From assembly GCA_964495865.1 (NCBI GenBank), contig CAZBZA010000002.1, positions 1 to 34,588 of the forward strand: a stretch of 34,588 nt of DNA, in the 5' to 3' direction. The DNA comes from an uncultured Lentimicrobiaceae bacterium (GTDB lineage Bacteria > Bacteroidota > Bacteroidia > Bacteroidales > UBA4417). Both the position numbers and the translations under genes were made by a program. Below, in pieces: positions 8,704-17,856 of the stretch. The notes below the pieces were generated by a model. That model did not search any database and was not told the origin of the DNA. It worked only from the letters and a program-made list of their open reading frames with translations. The stretch's first letter is position 1; every line of letters starts with the position of its first letter.

Positions 8704-11700
8704 CTACCTGGTAATCACCAATTTGGTTACTGTTGATTCAGAGTCAGTTTTAATTTTTACAAAATAGGTGCCTTGCGGTGAATCACTCAGGTCGAACTGG
8801 TATTCCGATTCGCCCTTGCAATTGCGGCTTGTTACTGTTGCTCCGTTTGCATCAGTTATGGAAACCTGCATTACAGGATATTTTGATTTATCCACAACAA
8901 TACTGAAAATGCCTTTTGCCGGATTTGGGTAAATCATAAATCCTTTCGATCCGTATTCCGGTACCGAAGCTGTTTCGTGTCCCTGAGTCAATGTAGCTAT
9001 TTGAGTGCTGACACCTTCCGCCGTAACAGAAATTTTTGAGCTACGCACTTTTCCTGAAGGGTTGAAAGGATATGACGCTGTGATAACTCCATTTCCAGAA
9101 CCTGAGGGCGTTACAATACACCAAGCTGAATCGGCAGTTGCTGTCCAGTTGGTATTGGATGTAACTGTTAAATCAACTGACGAAGCATATGCATTTACAC
9201 TCACTAAAGAAGGAGTAATAGCAAGCATTGGAGCCGCACCGGCCTGGGTAACGGTTACAACAATAGTCGACAATCCGTTAACATTAACCGAAATATTGGC
9301 AACCCTTGTGTTTACTGTAGGATTTAGTTCAAAATTAGCCTGAATAGTGCCGTTGCCTGTTCCCGGAGTATTTACTGTGCACCATGTTTGATCGCTGCTA
9401 ACAGCCCAGTCAGCATTTGAAGTAACCGTAAATTCGGTTACACCCGAAGGATCAGCAACATTCTGGTTGGGTGGAGTTACTGCCAAAGTTGGTAAAGCAG
9501 CAGCCTGAATAAGTGTTACCGTAATAGAAGGTAGGCCCTGAACGGTAACAATGATATTGGCGACTCTTGAGCTGGCCATTGGATTTTCAGCGTAATCAAT
9601 CATTACCGCTGTATTTCCTGTGCCCGAAACAGGCAGTGTACACCAGGTCTGGTTGGAAGCAATACTCCATTCCGTATTTGAATAAATCATAACTGGGGTA
9701 TTCCCCGCCTGAGCTGGAACGTTGATTGTCAAAGGGTCAACCGCAAGGGTTGGTTCGAGCAATGTAGCGGCAGAAGCGGGTAATCCAACAGAATACAAAT
9801 TATCAGCGGTATAGGAGAATGCTTTGTAGTAATATACGGTTGAAGAGGTAAGCCCGGTATGCTCAAAGGATGTAACATTTCCTGATGAAAGCACAGTGCC
9901 TCCTCCGGTAATAACTTCACCTGCTGCATAAACTTCACCCGTAGCCGGAATACCAAAAATTCCGTCGGGCGACCAGGCAACCATCACATCATTATTTTCC
10001 GCATTTTTTGTCCAGTCCAGGTTAATTTGCGAACTACTAGCTGGCGTGGCTGTTAACGAAGCAGGATTTCCTGCCGGTAGGGCCGTACAACTGATGTCGG
10101 CTGACCATCCCGCAAGGTTTACAGTAGCATTGCTGTGGAAAACAAAAAGTAAAGCGCCTTCAGCATTGGAAGCTGTAATAGTACCTGGCGAACTTGTTCC
10201 GCAATAAGTTCCGATCAATGGCGAAAATATGCTGGATCCATCGTAAATTTTTAAATAGTCCTTGGAACAACCTGTCATTGTTTCGAGCGTGAAACTGGTA
10301 AAGACAAATTGCAATTTACTGCCTGCTATCCCTGGTTTAAACAAGGTTGAATAGTCGAGGTTGTTTCCATAATTGGCTGATGGTCCACCCGGATCGAAAA
10401 ATGTTCCGTTACAGGCTGCAATGGTTGCAGATACCATGTTTATTGACGATTCGATCACATTTACATAATCGGTTTTTGTTTCGGTTGAATTTCCGTTTAC
10501 AGTTAACTGAACTGTTTTCAGCCCGGTGGTACTGTACGATACAGTATGAGGGCCTTGTGTTGTTGCTGTTGCAGGTGTGGCGTCAGCACCAAAATCCCAT
10601 AACCATGAAGTTGCGCCGCAGGTAGAAGCATCACCGAAAGTGATATCATTGTCAACAACAACCGTGGTTGCATTAGCTGCAAAGTTTGCATTAGCTTCAT
10701 TTACATGGATATAATCAGGTTTGGTGGTTGTTTTGCTTCCGCCGTCGCTGGTAACGGTTAACGATACGGTATAAGCTCCATATGCATTAAAAATAACTTT
10801 CGGATTAACTGAGGAACTGCTGGTTCCATCCGTGAATGTTACAGTAGCCGGTGCGAATGTCCACTCGTAAGTTGTAGGATTTCCGGTTGTCTGGCTTGTA
10901 AATAATACTGTTGTATTATTCAGGCAGGGGAGGGTATTGTTTGCAGTAAAATCAGCTGTTGGCGGAACAGGGCCAACCTGGAAGGATGCAATTTTTGTTT
11001 TTCTGCTTCCGCCGCTGGCATATTGGGTTGTAAACCAGAAAGTACCATCATCAGCTGGATCAACTGATATTTGAGCGTAATCGCCCCATCGTTCAGCGCC
11101 GGTTTGTGAAGATGTACCTGTATGGATAATATCTTCAGGGAAATCGAGGATTCCTGAGGCAGCGTTATATTCTGATGCTGTCTGGCCGCAAAACCGGATT
11201 CCCGGATATTCAGTTGAACTGGAAATGGAATATCCCAATCCAAGTTCGTTATTTCCGTTCAGTACAATACTTCCCATCCAACGCGAATGGATATCAGGCG
11301 CATACGTTCCTTGCTGGCGTATTTCCCATGTGGTTGCAGGGGGTGTTTTGCGCAATTCGTACCAGCGTACTCCGGCATGGTCAGTGGCATCAACATCCAC
11401 CGTATGACAGCAAACTATGGTTTGATAGGTTCCAAAATTCCGGTATTGAGGTACGTTCATTATAACCTGTGGAATGGCATCCAGTTCCTGGCTGGTGCCG
11501 GGTTGCTTGATGTTTGTCCAGTTGTTTCCGAAATTACTATCGAAAGGCGATACGTTCAATTGCTGAACACGGTTAAAAGTTGAAGCAGCAGTATTTGCCC
11601 AGTCTACATCCAATTCGTAAATCCATAGCTGGTCGGGACCGCTGTTAAAGGCATCATCGCTTAAAGCAATAAATAATCCTGGTGACCCTGCCGGGGCAAA

Positions 11701-12558
11701 AGCGCCGTCATTGTCAATCGGTGGTACACACATAAAACCATCAACTGAACCTGGACGCCAGTTATTATTAAATCCGACAAACTTTGGGTTTGTAGCACCT
11801 AAAAGCATTTGCGAACGTTCAAAAACATAAATGTCATTGCTGGAGCTATTGTTATCGCCCATATAATAACCATCCTGCCACACGCTGAATTTTGGATAAT
11901 CGGGCATTCCCTGTACATCGAAGGAATATGCATACCAGGTTCCTGTAGGATCGTTGGTTGTTGATACTGCCATCAGCATAAGGTCGTTTGAACCACAGAG
12001 TGAAAATTCAGTGGCTACCCAGCGGTCAGCCTGCTCATCATAAAGAATTATAGGGTCGCCATCATTACAGTTAGCCCCGGGAACACCGCTGAACAATTGA
12101 TTCATATTGGTAGGCCCGGCTAATTTTGTGCCTGATTTGTCATAAATGGCATAGGTAGTATTTACCGTTTGCATAAAATGGTTTGGACCTGAAGTTCCGT
12201 TACAATCGGGAGGGAAATAAGGCGAAGTCTGACCTTCAAAATTTACAACAGGAGCTTTTGTGGTGGCAGTTTGTCCCATTGTTTTTTGCCATACAGCATC
12301 AGGGCCTTTGGGTAAAGCGATGTCGGCAAACGGATATTCGCGGTACCTGAGTTTTTTATTAAACTGCCTTGTTTCAGCTTTTTGTTGTAAAATCTGTAAC
12401 TCAGCTGCCGTGAGTTCAGGAATATCACGGAGAGGTTTAGTTTCGCCAAGAAATACGCCAGTTCCTGACTCAGAGGGAGTTACAGGAATATTTTGTGCGG
12501 TAAGTTGCACAACGCCTGTGCAAAATAGCATTGAGAGAAGTAGACTTCTGATTTTCAT
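8704..12558 (-). CDS. large T9SS-secreted multidomain protein (unknown N-terminal ~530 aa domain, 2x PKD, CUB, FN3, 3x BACON-like, Por_Secre_tail)
   Basis: - Signal peptide: MKIRSLLLSMLFCTGVVQLTAQ.
- PKD-like units: ...YEWTF...YTVSLTVT and ...WLWDFG...TVQLTV.
- CUB-like unit: CNGTFFDPGG...DYLKIYDG...GTYCG.
- Three ~85-aa repeats with W..(S/A)..(Q/S)(T/A)WC...G.G.G pattern.
- C-terminal tail: MIYPNPAKGIFSI...YFVKIKT...KLVITR. Confidence 0.85.
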   Translation of the reverse strand: MKIRSLLLSMLFCTGVVQLTAQNIPVTPSESGTGVFLGETKPLRDIPELTAAELQILQQKAETRQFNKKLRYREYPFADIALPKGPDAVWQKTMGQTATTKAPVVNFEGQTSPYFPPDCNGTSGPNHFMQTVNTTYAIYDKSGTKLAGPTNMNQLFSGVPGANCNDGDPIILYDEQADRWVATEFSLCGSNDLMLMAVSTTNDPTGTWYAYSFDVQGMPDYPKFSVWQDGYYMGDNNSSSNDIYVFERSQMLLGATNPKFVGFNNNWRPGSVDGFMCVPPIDNDGAFAPAGSPGLFIALSDDAFNSGPDQLWIYELDVDWANTAASTFNRVQQLNVSPFDSNFGNNWTNIKQPGTSQELDAIPQVIMNVPQYRNFGTYQTIVCCHTVDVDATDHAGVRWYELRKTPPATTWEIRQQGTYAPDIHSRWMGSIVLNGNNELGLGYSISSSTEYPGIRFCGQTASEYNAASGILDFPEDIIHTGTSSQTGAERWGDYAQISVDPADDGTFWFTTQYASGGSRKTKIASFQVGPVPPTADFTANNTLPCLNNTTVLFTSQTTGNPTTYEWTFAPATVTFTDGTSSSSVNPKVIFNAYGAYTVSLTVTSDGGSKTTTKPDYIHVNEANANFAANATTVVVDNDITFGDASTCGATSWLWDFGADATPATATTQGPHTVSYSTTGLKTVQLTVNGNSTETKTDYVNVIESSINMVSATIAACNGTFFDPGGPSANYGNNLDYSTLFKPGIAGSKLQFVFTSFTLETMTGCSKDYLKIYDGSSIFSPLIGTYCGTSSPGTITASNAEGALLFVFHSNATVNLAGWSADISCTALPAGNPASLTATPASSSQINLDWTKNAENNDVMVAWSPDGIFGIPATGEVYAAGEVITGGGTVLSSGNVTSFEHTGLTSSTVYYYKAFSYTADNLYSVGLPASAATLLEPTLAVDPLTINVPAQAGNTPVMIYSNTEWSIASNQTWCTLPVSGTGNTAVMIDYAENPMASSRVANIIVTVQGLPSITVTLIQAAALPTLAVTPPNQNVADPSGVTEFTVTSNADWAVSSDQTWCTVNTPGTGNGTIQANFELNPTVNTRVANISVNVNGLSTIVVTVTQAGAAPMLAITPSLVSVNAYASSVDLTVTSNTNWTATADSAWCIVTPSGSGNGVITASYPFNPSGKVRSSKISVTAEGVSTQIATLTQGHETASVPEYGSKGFMIYPNPAKGIFSIVVDKSKYPVMQVSITDANGATVTSRNCKGESEYQFDLSDSPQGTYFVKIKTDSESTVTKLVITR

Positions 12559-12624
12559 ACAAAAAAGTTTTTATGGTTTCTCCCGCTAATCTTTAGCTGA
12601 GCGAAAGATGAAATGTAAAACGGG

Positions 12625-12632
12625 CAAAAATA
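12625..12632 (-). promoter_or_regulatory. candidate -7 box (TAnnTTTG) for the T9SS cargo gene
   Basis: The minus strand reads tatttttg, 67 nt upstream of the ATG at 12558. Confidence 0.3.
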
Positions 12633-12787
12633 GTATTAATAATGAAACAGATTATAAATATTTATGTTTGGACTTTAGTGATAATAGACTGTTAAAATTG
12701 GTTCTTATTTTCAAATCCGAAGTCTTAGTTTATCGCGGGAAACTTGTGAGTTGAAATTTAGTCAGCTTAAAAATAATAAAAGGAGGA

Positions 12788-13366
12788 TTATTTTTCGTAA
12801 AAATGCATTTCCTGTACGTATCTGAATGTTTTTTCAGGAAGGTAATACGACATATTTTTCCCGCCGCGTATAGCTTCACGAATAAAACTGGCTGATATTT
12901 CGACCATTGGGGCATTGAATACCTTTACTGACGGATGTCTTGTGAGTTCATGATCTTGCGATCCGGGGCGCGGATAAACATAAAATGAATAAAACTCAAG
13001 TAATTGTTCCCAGTTTTTCCATTTATGAAAAGTAGGAAAAATATCGGTACCCGAAATAATTACAAACTCACGTTCAGGGTATTTGTCCTGTAAATACGTG
13101 AGAGTATGGATGGTATAAGATGGTTTTGGCAGCTTGAATTCAATATTACATGATCTGAAACGCTTATCGTCCTCAATAGCGAGGTTTACCATTTCGAGAC
13201 GATGATGGTCGGCGAGCAATGATTTCTGCTCTTTCAACGGGTTGAGCGGAGAAACCACAAACCATAATTCGTCGAGATCCGAAAACTCGTACATATAGCT
13301 TGCAATCATAAGATGCCCGATGTGAATAGGGTTGAATGATCCGAATAAAAGGCCTGTCTTTTTCAT
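12788..13366 (-). CDS. nadD: nicotinate-nucleotide adenylyltransferase
   Basis: GSFNPIHIGHL ((H/T)xGH motif) and ISASFIR (ISSTxxR-like). 192 aa. Confidence 0.9.
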   Translation of the reverse strand: MKKTGLLFGSFNPIHIGHLMIASYMYEFSDLDELWFVVSPLNPLKEQKSLLADHHRLEMVNLAIEDDKRFRSCNIEFKLPKPSYTIHTLTYLQDKYPEREFVIISGTDIFPTFHKWKNWEQLLEFYSFYVYPRPGSQDHELTRHPSVKVFNAPMVEISASFIREAIRGGKNMSYYLPEKTFRYVQEMHFYEK

Positions 13367-13377
13367 TACCGATTTGT

Positions 13378-13947
13378 TTATTCAGCTAATCCGAGGAAAC
13401 ATTTAACAAGCATTTCTGCGTGTTTCAAAGCATCCTCAAGTTTATCGTTTACAATAACCTGATCGAAATCATATTCATAAGATAGTTCCTCTTTTACTTT
13501 GCTCAGCCGTTTCTGAAGACTTTCTTCGCTATCTGTAGCCCGTGACCTAAGCCGTGATTCGAGAATTTCGAATGATGGCGGCCTTATGAAAACAGCAAGC
13601 GCATTATCGCCATACATTTTTTTAATATTCAGTCCTCCAACTACATCCACATCAAAAACAGGGTATTGTCCGTTTGCGGCAATGCGTTCAACTTCCGAAA
13701 CCTGCGTTCCGTAATAGCTGCCTGGATACACTTCCTGCCATTCGAGCAATTTATTGTTTTTGATCATGAGCCGGAAATCTTCGTCCGACATAAAATAATA
13801 CTCTCTTCCGTTGAGTTCGCCTTCGCGGATCGCACGGCTGGTGGCCGATACCGAAAATCCAAGCTGTGGAAATTGCTTAAGAAGGTGTTTTACAATGGTG
13901 GTTTTTCCGGCACCCGAAGGAGCAGAAATTATGATCATTTTCGACAT
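13378..13947 (-). CDS. gmk: guanylate kinase
   Basis: P-loop SAPSGAGKTT, then TSRAIREGELNGREYYF. 189 aa. Confidence 0.92.
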   Translation of the reverse strand: MSKMIIISAPSGAGKTTIVKHLLKQFPQLGFSVSATSRAIREGELNGREYYFMSDEDFRLMIKNNKLLEWQEVYPGSYYGTQVSEVERIAANGQYPVFDVDVVGGLNIKKMYGDNALAVFIRPPSFEILESRLRSRATDSEESLQKRLSKVKEELSYEYDFDQVIVNDKLEDALKHAEMLVKCFLGLAE

Positions 13948-14015
13948 GGCAGAATCGTAATCAATTTTTGGACTATACTTTAACTGGTATCAATATCAAT
14001 TCAGGGAAACTACCT

Positions 14016-14042
14016 TGAAACGTGAAACGTGAAACAAGAAAC
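14016..14042. repeat. GAAAC-word repeat abutting the yicC-like stop codon
   Basis: tgaaacgtgaaacgtgaaacaagaaac ends 1 nt before the stop codon (14043-14045). Confidence 0.75.
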
Positions 14043-14930
14043 TTACAACACATTCCCCAACTGCTCTTTAATTTTCTCAAGTTCGTCCTTCATTTGCACC
14101 ACAATCATTTGTATTTCAGCATCGTAAGCTTTTGATCCGAGGGTATTTATTTCGCGGCCGATTTCCTGCGTGATGAAACCCAGTTTACGCCCGTTGCTTT
14201 CGCTCGAAAGAAGTGTGTTGAAAAAATAATCGCAATGTTTGCGCAGGCGAAGTTTCTCTTCGGTGATATCAAGTTTTTCGAGGTACCAGAAAATTTCCTG
14301 TTCAAAGCGGTTTTCATCGAACTTTTCGACTTTGGTGGTTTTTTCGAGAAACTCGTCCTGGTTGCGTTGGAAACGTTCGCGGAGATTACCGATACGAGCA
14401 CTTTCGAGGGGTTCAACTTTGAGCAGATGATCAAGTATAATCTGAACGCGTGAACTCATATCTTTACCTAATAATTCGCCTTCGGCAGTACGGAAAGCAT
14501 CGGTTTGAGCAATTGCTTCGGTTATAGCTGTTTTCACCATATTCCATTCCGATTCATCAGGTACTTCGCGGCCTGCTTTAAGTACATCCGGAATTCGGAG
14601 GATGGTTGAAATAACGTCGGTTCCGGCAGTTTCGCCCAATTCATTGGCAAGTTGGGTGATTTCAGAATGGATTCTGCGTGCGAGCGGACGGTTGATTGTA
14701 AATTCGCCTGTATCGGCATCGCTGTCCATCGTAATCATGAAATCGATTTTACCACGTTCGAGCACACGACTTATTTCAGCGCGTATTTCAGCTTCTTTAT
14801 CGCGGTAAAGTAATGGAATTCGGGTATTTACATCCAGTTGCTTGCTGTTCAGCGTGCGTATTTCTACATTTACTGTTCGTCCGCCCGGGTTAGCAGTTGC
14901 TTTACCGAATCCTGTCATTGATCGTATCAT
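14043..14930 (-). CDS. YicC family stress-induced protein
   Basis: N-terminal MIRSMTGFGKA and C-terminal QEIGREINTLGSKA...MKDELEKIKEQLGNV. The start at 14930 is preferred over 14981. Confidence 0.85.
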   Translation of the reverse strand: MIRSMTGFGKATANPGGRTVNVEIRTLNSKQLDVNTRIPLLYRDKEAEIRAEISRVLERGKIDFMITMDSDADTGEFTINRPLARRIHSEITQLANELGETAGTDVISTILRIPDVLKAGREVPDESEWNMVKTAITEAIAQTDAFRTAEGELLGKDMSSRVQIILDHLLKVEPLESARIGNLRERFQRNQDEFLEKTTKVEKFDENRFEQEIFWYLEKLDITEEKLRLRKHCDYFFNTLLSSESNGRKLGFITQEIGREINTLGSKAYDAEIQMIVVQMKDELEKIKEQLGNVL

Positions 14931-15055
14931 AACACTCTTTTTTGAATGAGCAAAGATACGATGTTTGTCAGTTGAAGCCAACGATGACCATTTGGGGTAG
15001 GATATGGATATTACAATAAAAGCCTTACATTTGACTTGCCAAATTTCAGCAAGCC

Positions 15056-16138
15056 ATGACGCGACCTGCAGCCACCCTTACAAGCCATCGTTTATACAGC
15101 GAGCCACCAAGGTTTTATGAGGCTATGCTGCGCGATATTGAAAAGGCGGAGCATTATATTTATCTCGAAATGTATAAGTTTGGCAACGATGAAGTTGGAC
15201 TGCAGTTTCGTGAAGCGATTACCAAAGCTGCCGAAAGAGGCGTTCAGGTAAAATTATTGCTCGATTCGTGGGGCGTTTCGTACAAAGAAGATTTTTTCAG
15301 TGAACTGATAAAGCAAGGCGGCGAAGTAAGGTTTTTCAGAAAGATTCTTTACACTTTCGATTTTTTTACAAAAAACCACCGGCGTAATCACCGCAAGTTT
15401 TTACTTATCGACGATCAGATCAGTTACATAGGGTCAGCCAATATTACAGGGTATTCACTTAATTGGCGCGAATCGGTTATCAGGCTCACCGGAGGAATTA
15501 CACTGATGTTTAAGCGTTCATTTCTCGAAAGTTATAAGATTTACAGCAAATATATTTTTAATAAATTCACATATAAAAAGTCGAAGTTTATCGATCAGTT
15601 TGAGCTTGTTGAAGATATGCCTTCCATATACCGTCAGCGTGTAAAAACTAAATTAGAGCGGCTGATCCATAAAGCAAAAAGGGAAATAATTATCGAAACT
15701 CCATATTTTCTTCCCGGGTATAAAATGCGTAAATCATTAGCTGATGCTGCGAAACGGGGCGTGAGCGTAAAAATTATACTGCCCAGGCATTCCGATGTAC
15801 GTTCAATTGATCTGCTCAGCAGCAAATATTATGGTTTTTATTATTCAAATAATATCAGTCTTATTTTTTATACACTTAATAATTTGCATGCCAAGCTGTT
15901 ATTAATTGATGGCGAGACTTTCGGCATTGGCTCACCCAATATCGATTACCGCAGTTTCAGGTATCAGCACGAAGTAATGCTGTTTGGTACGCACAAGGGC
16001 ATTGTTGAAGAAATTACACGTCATGTTAACGAAACAATGGAGAATTGTCTGCCATTTGACCATGTGAGTTGGTTACGCCGGCCAAGGATCGAAAAAGTAT
16101 TGGGTTGGTTGTTGCTGCCGTTCAGGCATATGTTTTAG
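15056..16138 (+). CDS. phospholipase D-like / cardiolipin-synthase-like protein (two HKD motifs)
   Basis: HRKFLLIDDQISYIGSANIT and HAKLLLIDGETFGIGSPNID. Confidence 0.85.
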   Translation: MTRPAATLTSHRLYSEPPRFYEAMLRDIEKAEHYIYLEMYKFGNDEVGLQFREAITKAAERGVQVKLLLDSWGVSYKEDFFSELIKQGGEVRFFRKILYTFDFFTKNHRRNHRKFLLIDDQISYIGSANITGYSLNWRESVIRLTGGITLMFKRSFLESYKIYSKYIFNKFTYKKSKFIDQFELVEDMPSIYRQRVKTKLERLIHKAKREIIIETPYFLPGYKMRKSLADAAKRGVSVKIILPRHSDVRSIDLLSSKYYGFYYSNNISLIFYTLNNLHAKLLLIDGETFGIGSPNIDYRSFRYQHEVMLFGTHKGIVEEITRHVNETMENCLPFDHVSWLRRPRIEKVLGWLLLPFRHMF

Positions 16139-16177
16139 TTTTTGGCTCCAATGAAATTTTAGTGGATAAAATGATTT

Positions 16178-16341
16178 GTCGGAAGTCAGAAGACCGAAGT
16201 CGGAAGCTTCCTCATAAAAATATTTATCTCCTTACAAATAGCAGATTTGCTAACCATTAATTTTGCCTTACATGTTCGTTGTCAAAATACTGCAATATTA
16301 AATTAAGGGAACTTCGGTCTTCTGACTTCCGTCTTCCGACC
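16178..16341. repeat. inverted repeat pair built from GGAAGTC/GGAAGAC words
   Basis: 16181-16200 ggaagtcagaagaccgaagt is the exact reverse complement of 16311-16330 acttcggtcttctgacttcc. The arms are 110 bp apart. Extra word copies extend both arms. Confidence 0.9.
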
Positions 16342-16342
16342 T

Positions 16343-17239
16343 TTACTTTGTGCTTTTCTTCGTTACAAAATATATCCCTGCAAATACAAATAATGCACTC
16401 ACTATTTTTACCCACGAAATTAATTCGGAAAACAGAACTATGCCGATAAGCGCTACCAGAACAGGTTGTAAATAAGTGTAATACGCCACTACTGACGATG
16501 ATAACCGCTTGAGCGAAAAGGTTATAAAGAAATATGCCATAAAAGTAGTGCCGATAATTATATAGAGGATTGATAACCAGGTGCGCGTATCAAATGAGCT
16601 GAAATCGATTTTCATCGCCTGGTTTATGGTGAAAGGAAATACGCCAATAAATCCGATAAGAAAAATATAACGCATCAGTACAAACGGATTGTATTTCACC
16701 ATAAGTGGCTTAGCAATAACAAGGTATAAGCTCCAGGCTGCTGTATTTGCAAGAATAAATAAATTGCCTTTTAAATATCCGCCGCCCAACGAAATAGGGT
16801 TTCCCAGCAAAATAAGCATCAAAGCCCCTGAAGCTCCGAGTAATATGCCGGCCAGCCTCGAAGCCGCGATTTTTTCTTTAAGCATCCAGGCCGCAAACAC
16901 AAGCACCATTATGGGGTTAGCCGAATTGATAATAGCTGCGTCAACAGGTGTTGTATTATTTAGCCCGGAGAAAAACATCATCTGGTTGATGGCAACACCC
17001 AAAACACTGCTCAGAATCAGTCGTGGAAAATCGGCACGATCAATTTTTAGAACCCGAAGCTCCTTAATACTCAGTTGAATGATCCATGCTATAAGTAAAG
17101 TGCCCGAAACACGCAGAAAAATTATCTGCATCGGCAACAGGTGGTTAGGCATCAATCCTTTGGCAATCCAGTAATTAGCGCCAAAAAGGACAGTTGCTGC
17201 CAGCATGGAAAGGTGAGCCCTGAAATTATGTCGTTCCAT
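16343..17239 (-). CDS. EamA/DMT family transporter
   Basis: 298 aa, about 10 TM helices, with two EamA-like halves. Confidence 0.8.
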   Translation of the reverse strand: MERHNFRAHLSMLAATVLFGANYWIAKGLMPNHLLPMQIIFLRVSGTLLIAWIIQLSIKELRVLKIDRADFPRLILSSVLGVAINQMMFFSGLNNTTPVDAAIINSANPIMVLVFAAWMLKEKIAASRLAGILLGASGALMLILLGNPISLGGGYLKGNLFILANTAAWSLYLVIAKPLMVKYNPFVLMRYIFLIGFIGVFPFTINQAMKIDFSSFDTRTWLSILYIIIGTTFMAYFFITFSLKRLSSSVVAYYTYLQPVLVALIGIVLFSELISWVKIVSALFVFAGIYFVTKKSTK

Positions 17240-17249
17240 GCAAAAGAGA

Positions 17250-17282
17250 GGGATTAGGGATCAGTTTTTGGTGATTGGGTGG
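17250..17282. repeat. G-rich word repeats (gggattagggat / ggtgattgggtgg)
   Basis: gggattagggatcagtttttggtgattgggtgg lies 11 nt upstream of the EamA ATG. Confidence 0.6.
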
Positions 17283-17381
17283 CTTCGGTTATTCGTGATA
17301 ACTGAAAGTTATTCTGTTTTGCAAAGGTGCGAATAAACAATGAATGTTACCTGAAACATGAAATCCGTTCCTATTTAATAG

Positions 17382-17416
17382 AAAAAAGAGCAACCGTTTT
17401 GGCTGCTCTTTTTTTA
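17382..17416 (-). terminator. rho-independent (bidirectional-looking) terminator after hsp20
   Basis: aaaaaagagcaaccgttttggctgctcttttttt: stem agagca/tgctct flanked by an A-run and a T-run, 20 nt downstream of the hsp20 stop. Confidence 0.65.
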
Positions 17417-17436
17417 AAGTCAGATGGTTTGTTTGC

Positions 17437-17856
17437 TTATGCTATCGAAATCTGCTTGATGGCAATAGGTTTTACTTCTTTCTTTGGCAATGTTACCAGC
17501 AAAATTCCATTTTCGAAAGCAGCGCTGATGGCATCAGCATTTACAGTTTCGGGAAGCTGGAATGAGCGTTCGTATTTGCTCTTGTAGCCAAATTCATTCC
17601 AGGTGTATTTTGGCCCCTGTTCGTCTTCTTTAGGCTGACGGCCTGCTGTGATGGTAAGAACTTCTTCCTCAAATTTTATCGTGATTTCCTCTTTCGAAAA
17701 TCCGGGCAGTGCAAGTTCTATTTTATAGGAATTTTCGTCCTCGCGAACATTGGCTGCTGGTTTGTAGGTTGCTTCAGTTTCAGTTGCCTGACGCTCGAAT
17801 ACTTCGTTCATCATTGATGGTAAAAACGGGCGGAATGCAAATCGTAAGTGGTTCAT
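17437..17856 (-). CDS. Hsp20/alpha-crystallin family small heat-shock protein
   Basis: PAANVREDENSYKIELALPGFSKEEITIKFEEEVLTI...ENGILLVTLPKK. Confidence 0.9.
   Translation of the reverse strand: MNHLRFAFRPFLPSMMNEVFERQATETEATYKPAANVREDENSYKIELALPGFSKEEITIKFEEEVLTITAGRQPKEDEQGPKYTWNEFGYKSKYERSFQLPETVNADAISAAFENGILLVTLPKKEVKPIAIKQISIA

Noticed and set aside
12730-12915. 61-aa minus-strand ORF overlapping the 3' end of nadD.
   Set aside because: It is out of frame with nadD and overlaps it. It has no motif and is best explained as a chance ORF.
16069-16260. 63-aa plus-strand ORF spanning the end of the PLD-like gene and the left repeat arm.
   Set aside because: It overlaps the PLD-like coding region out of frame and translates the word repeat (SEDRSRKLP). 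It is a chance ORF.
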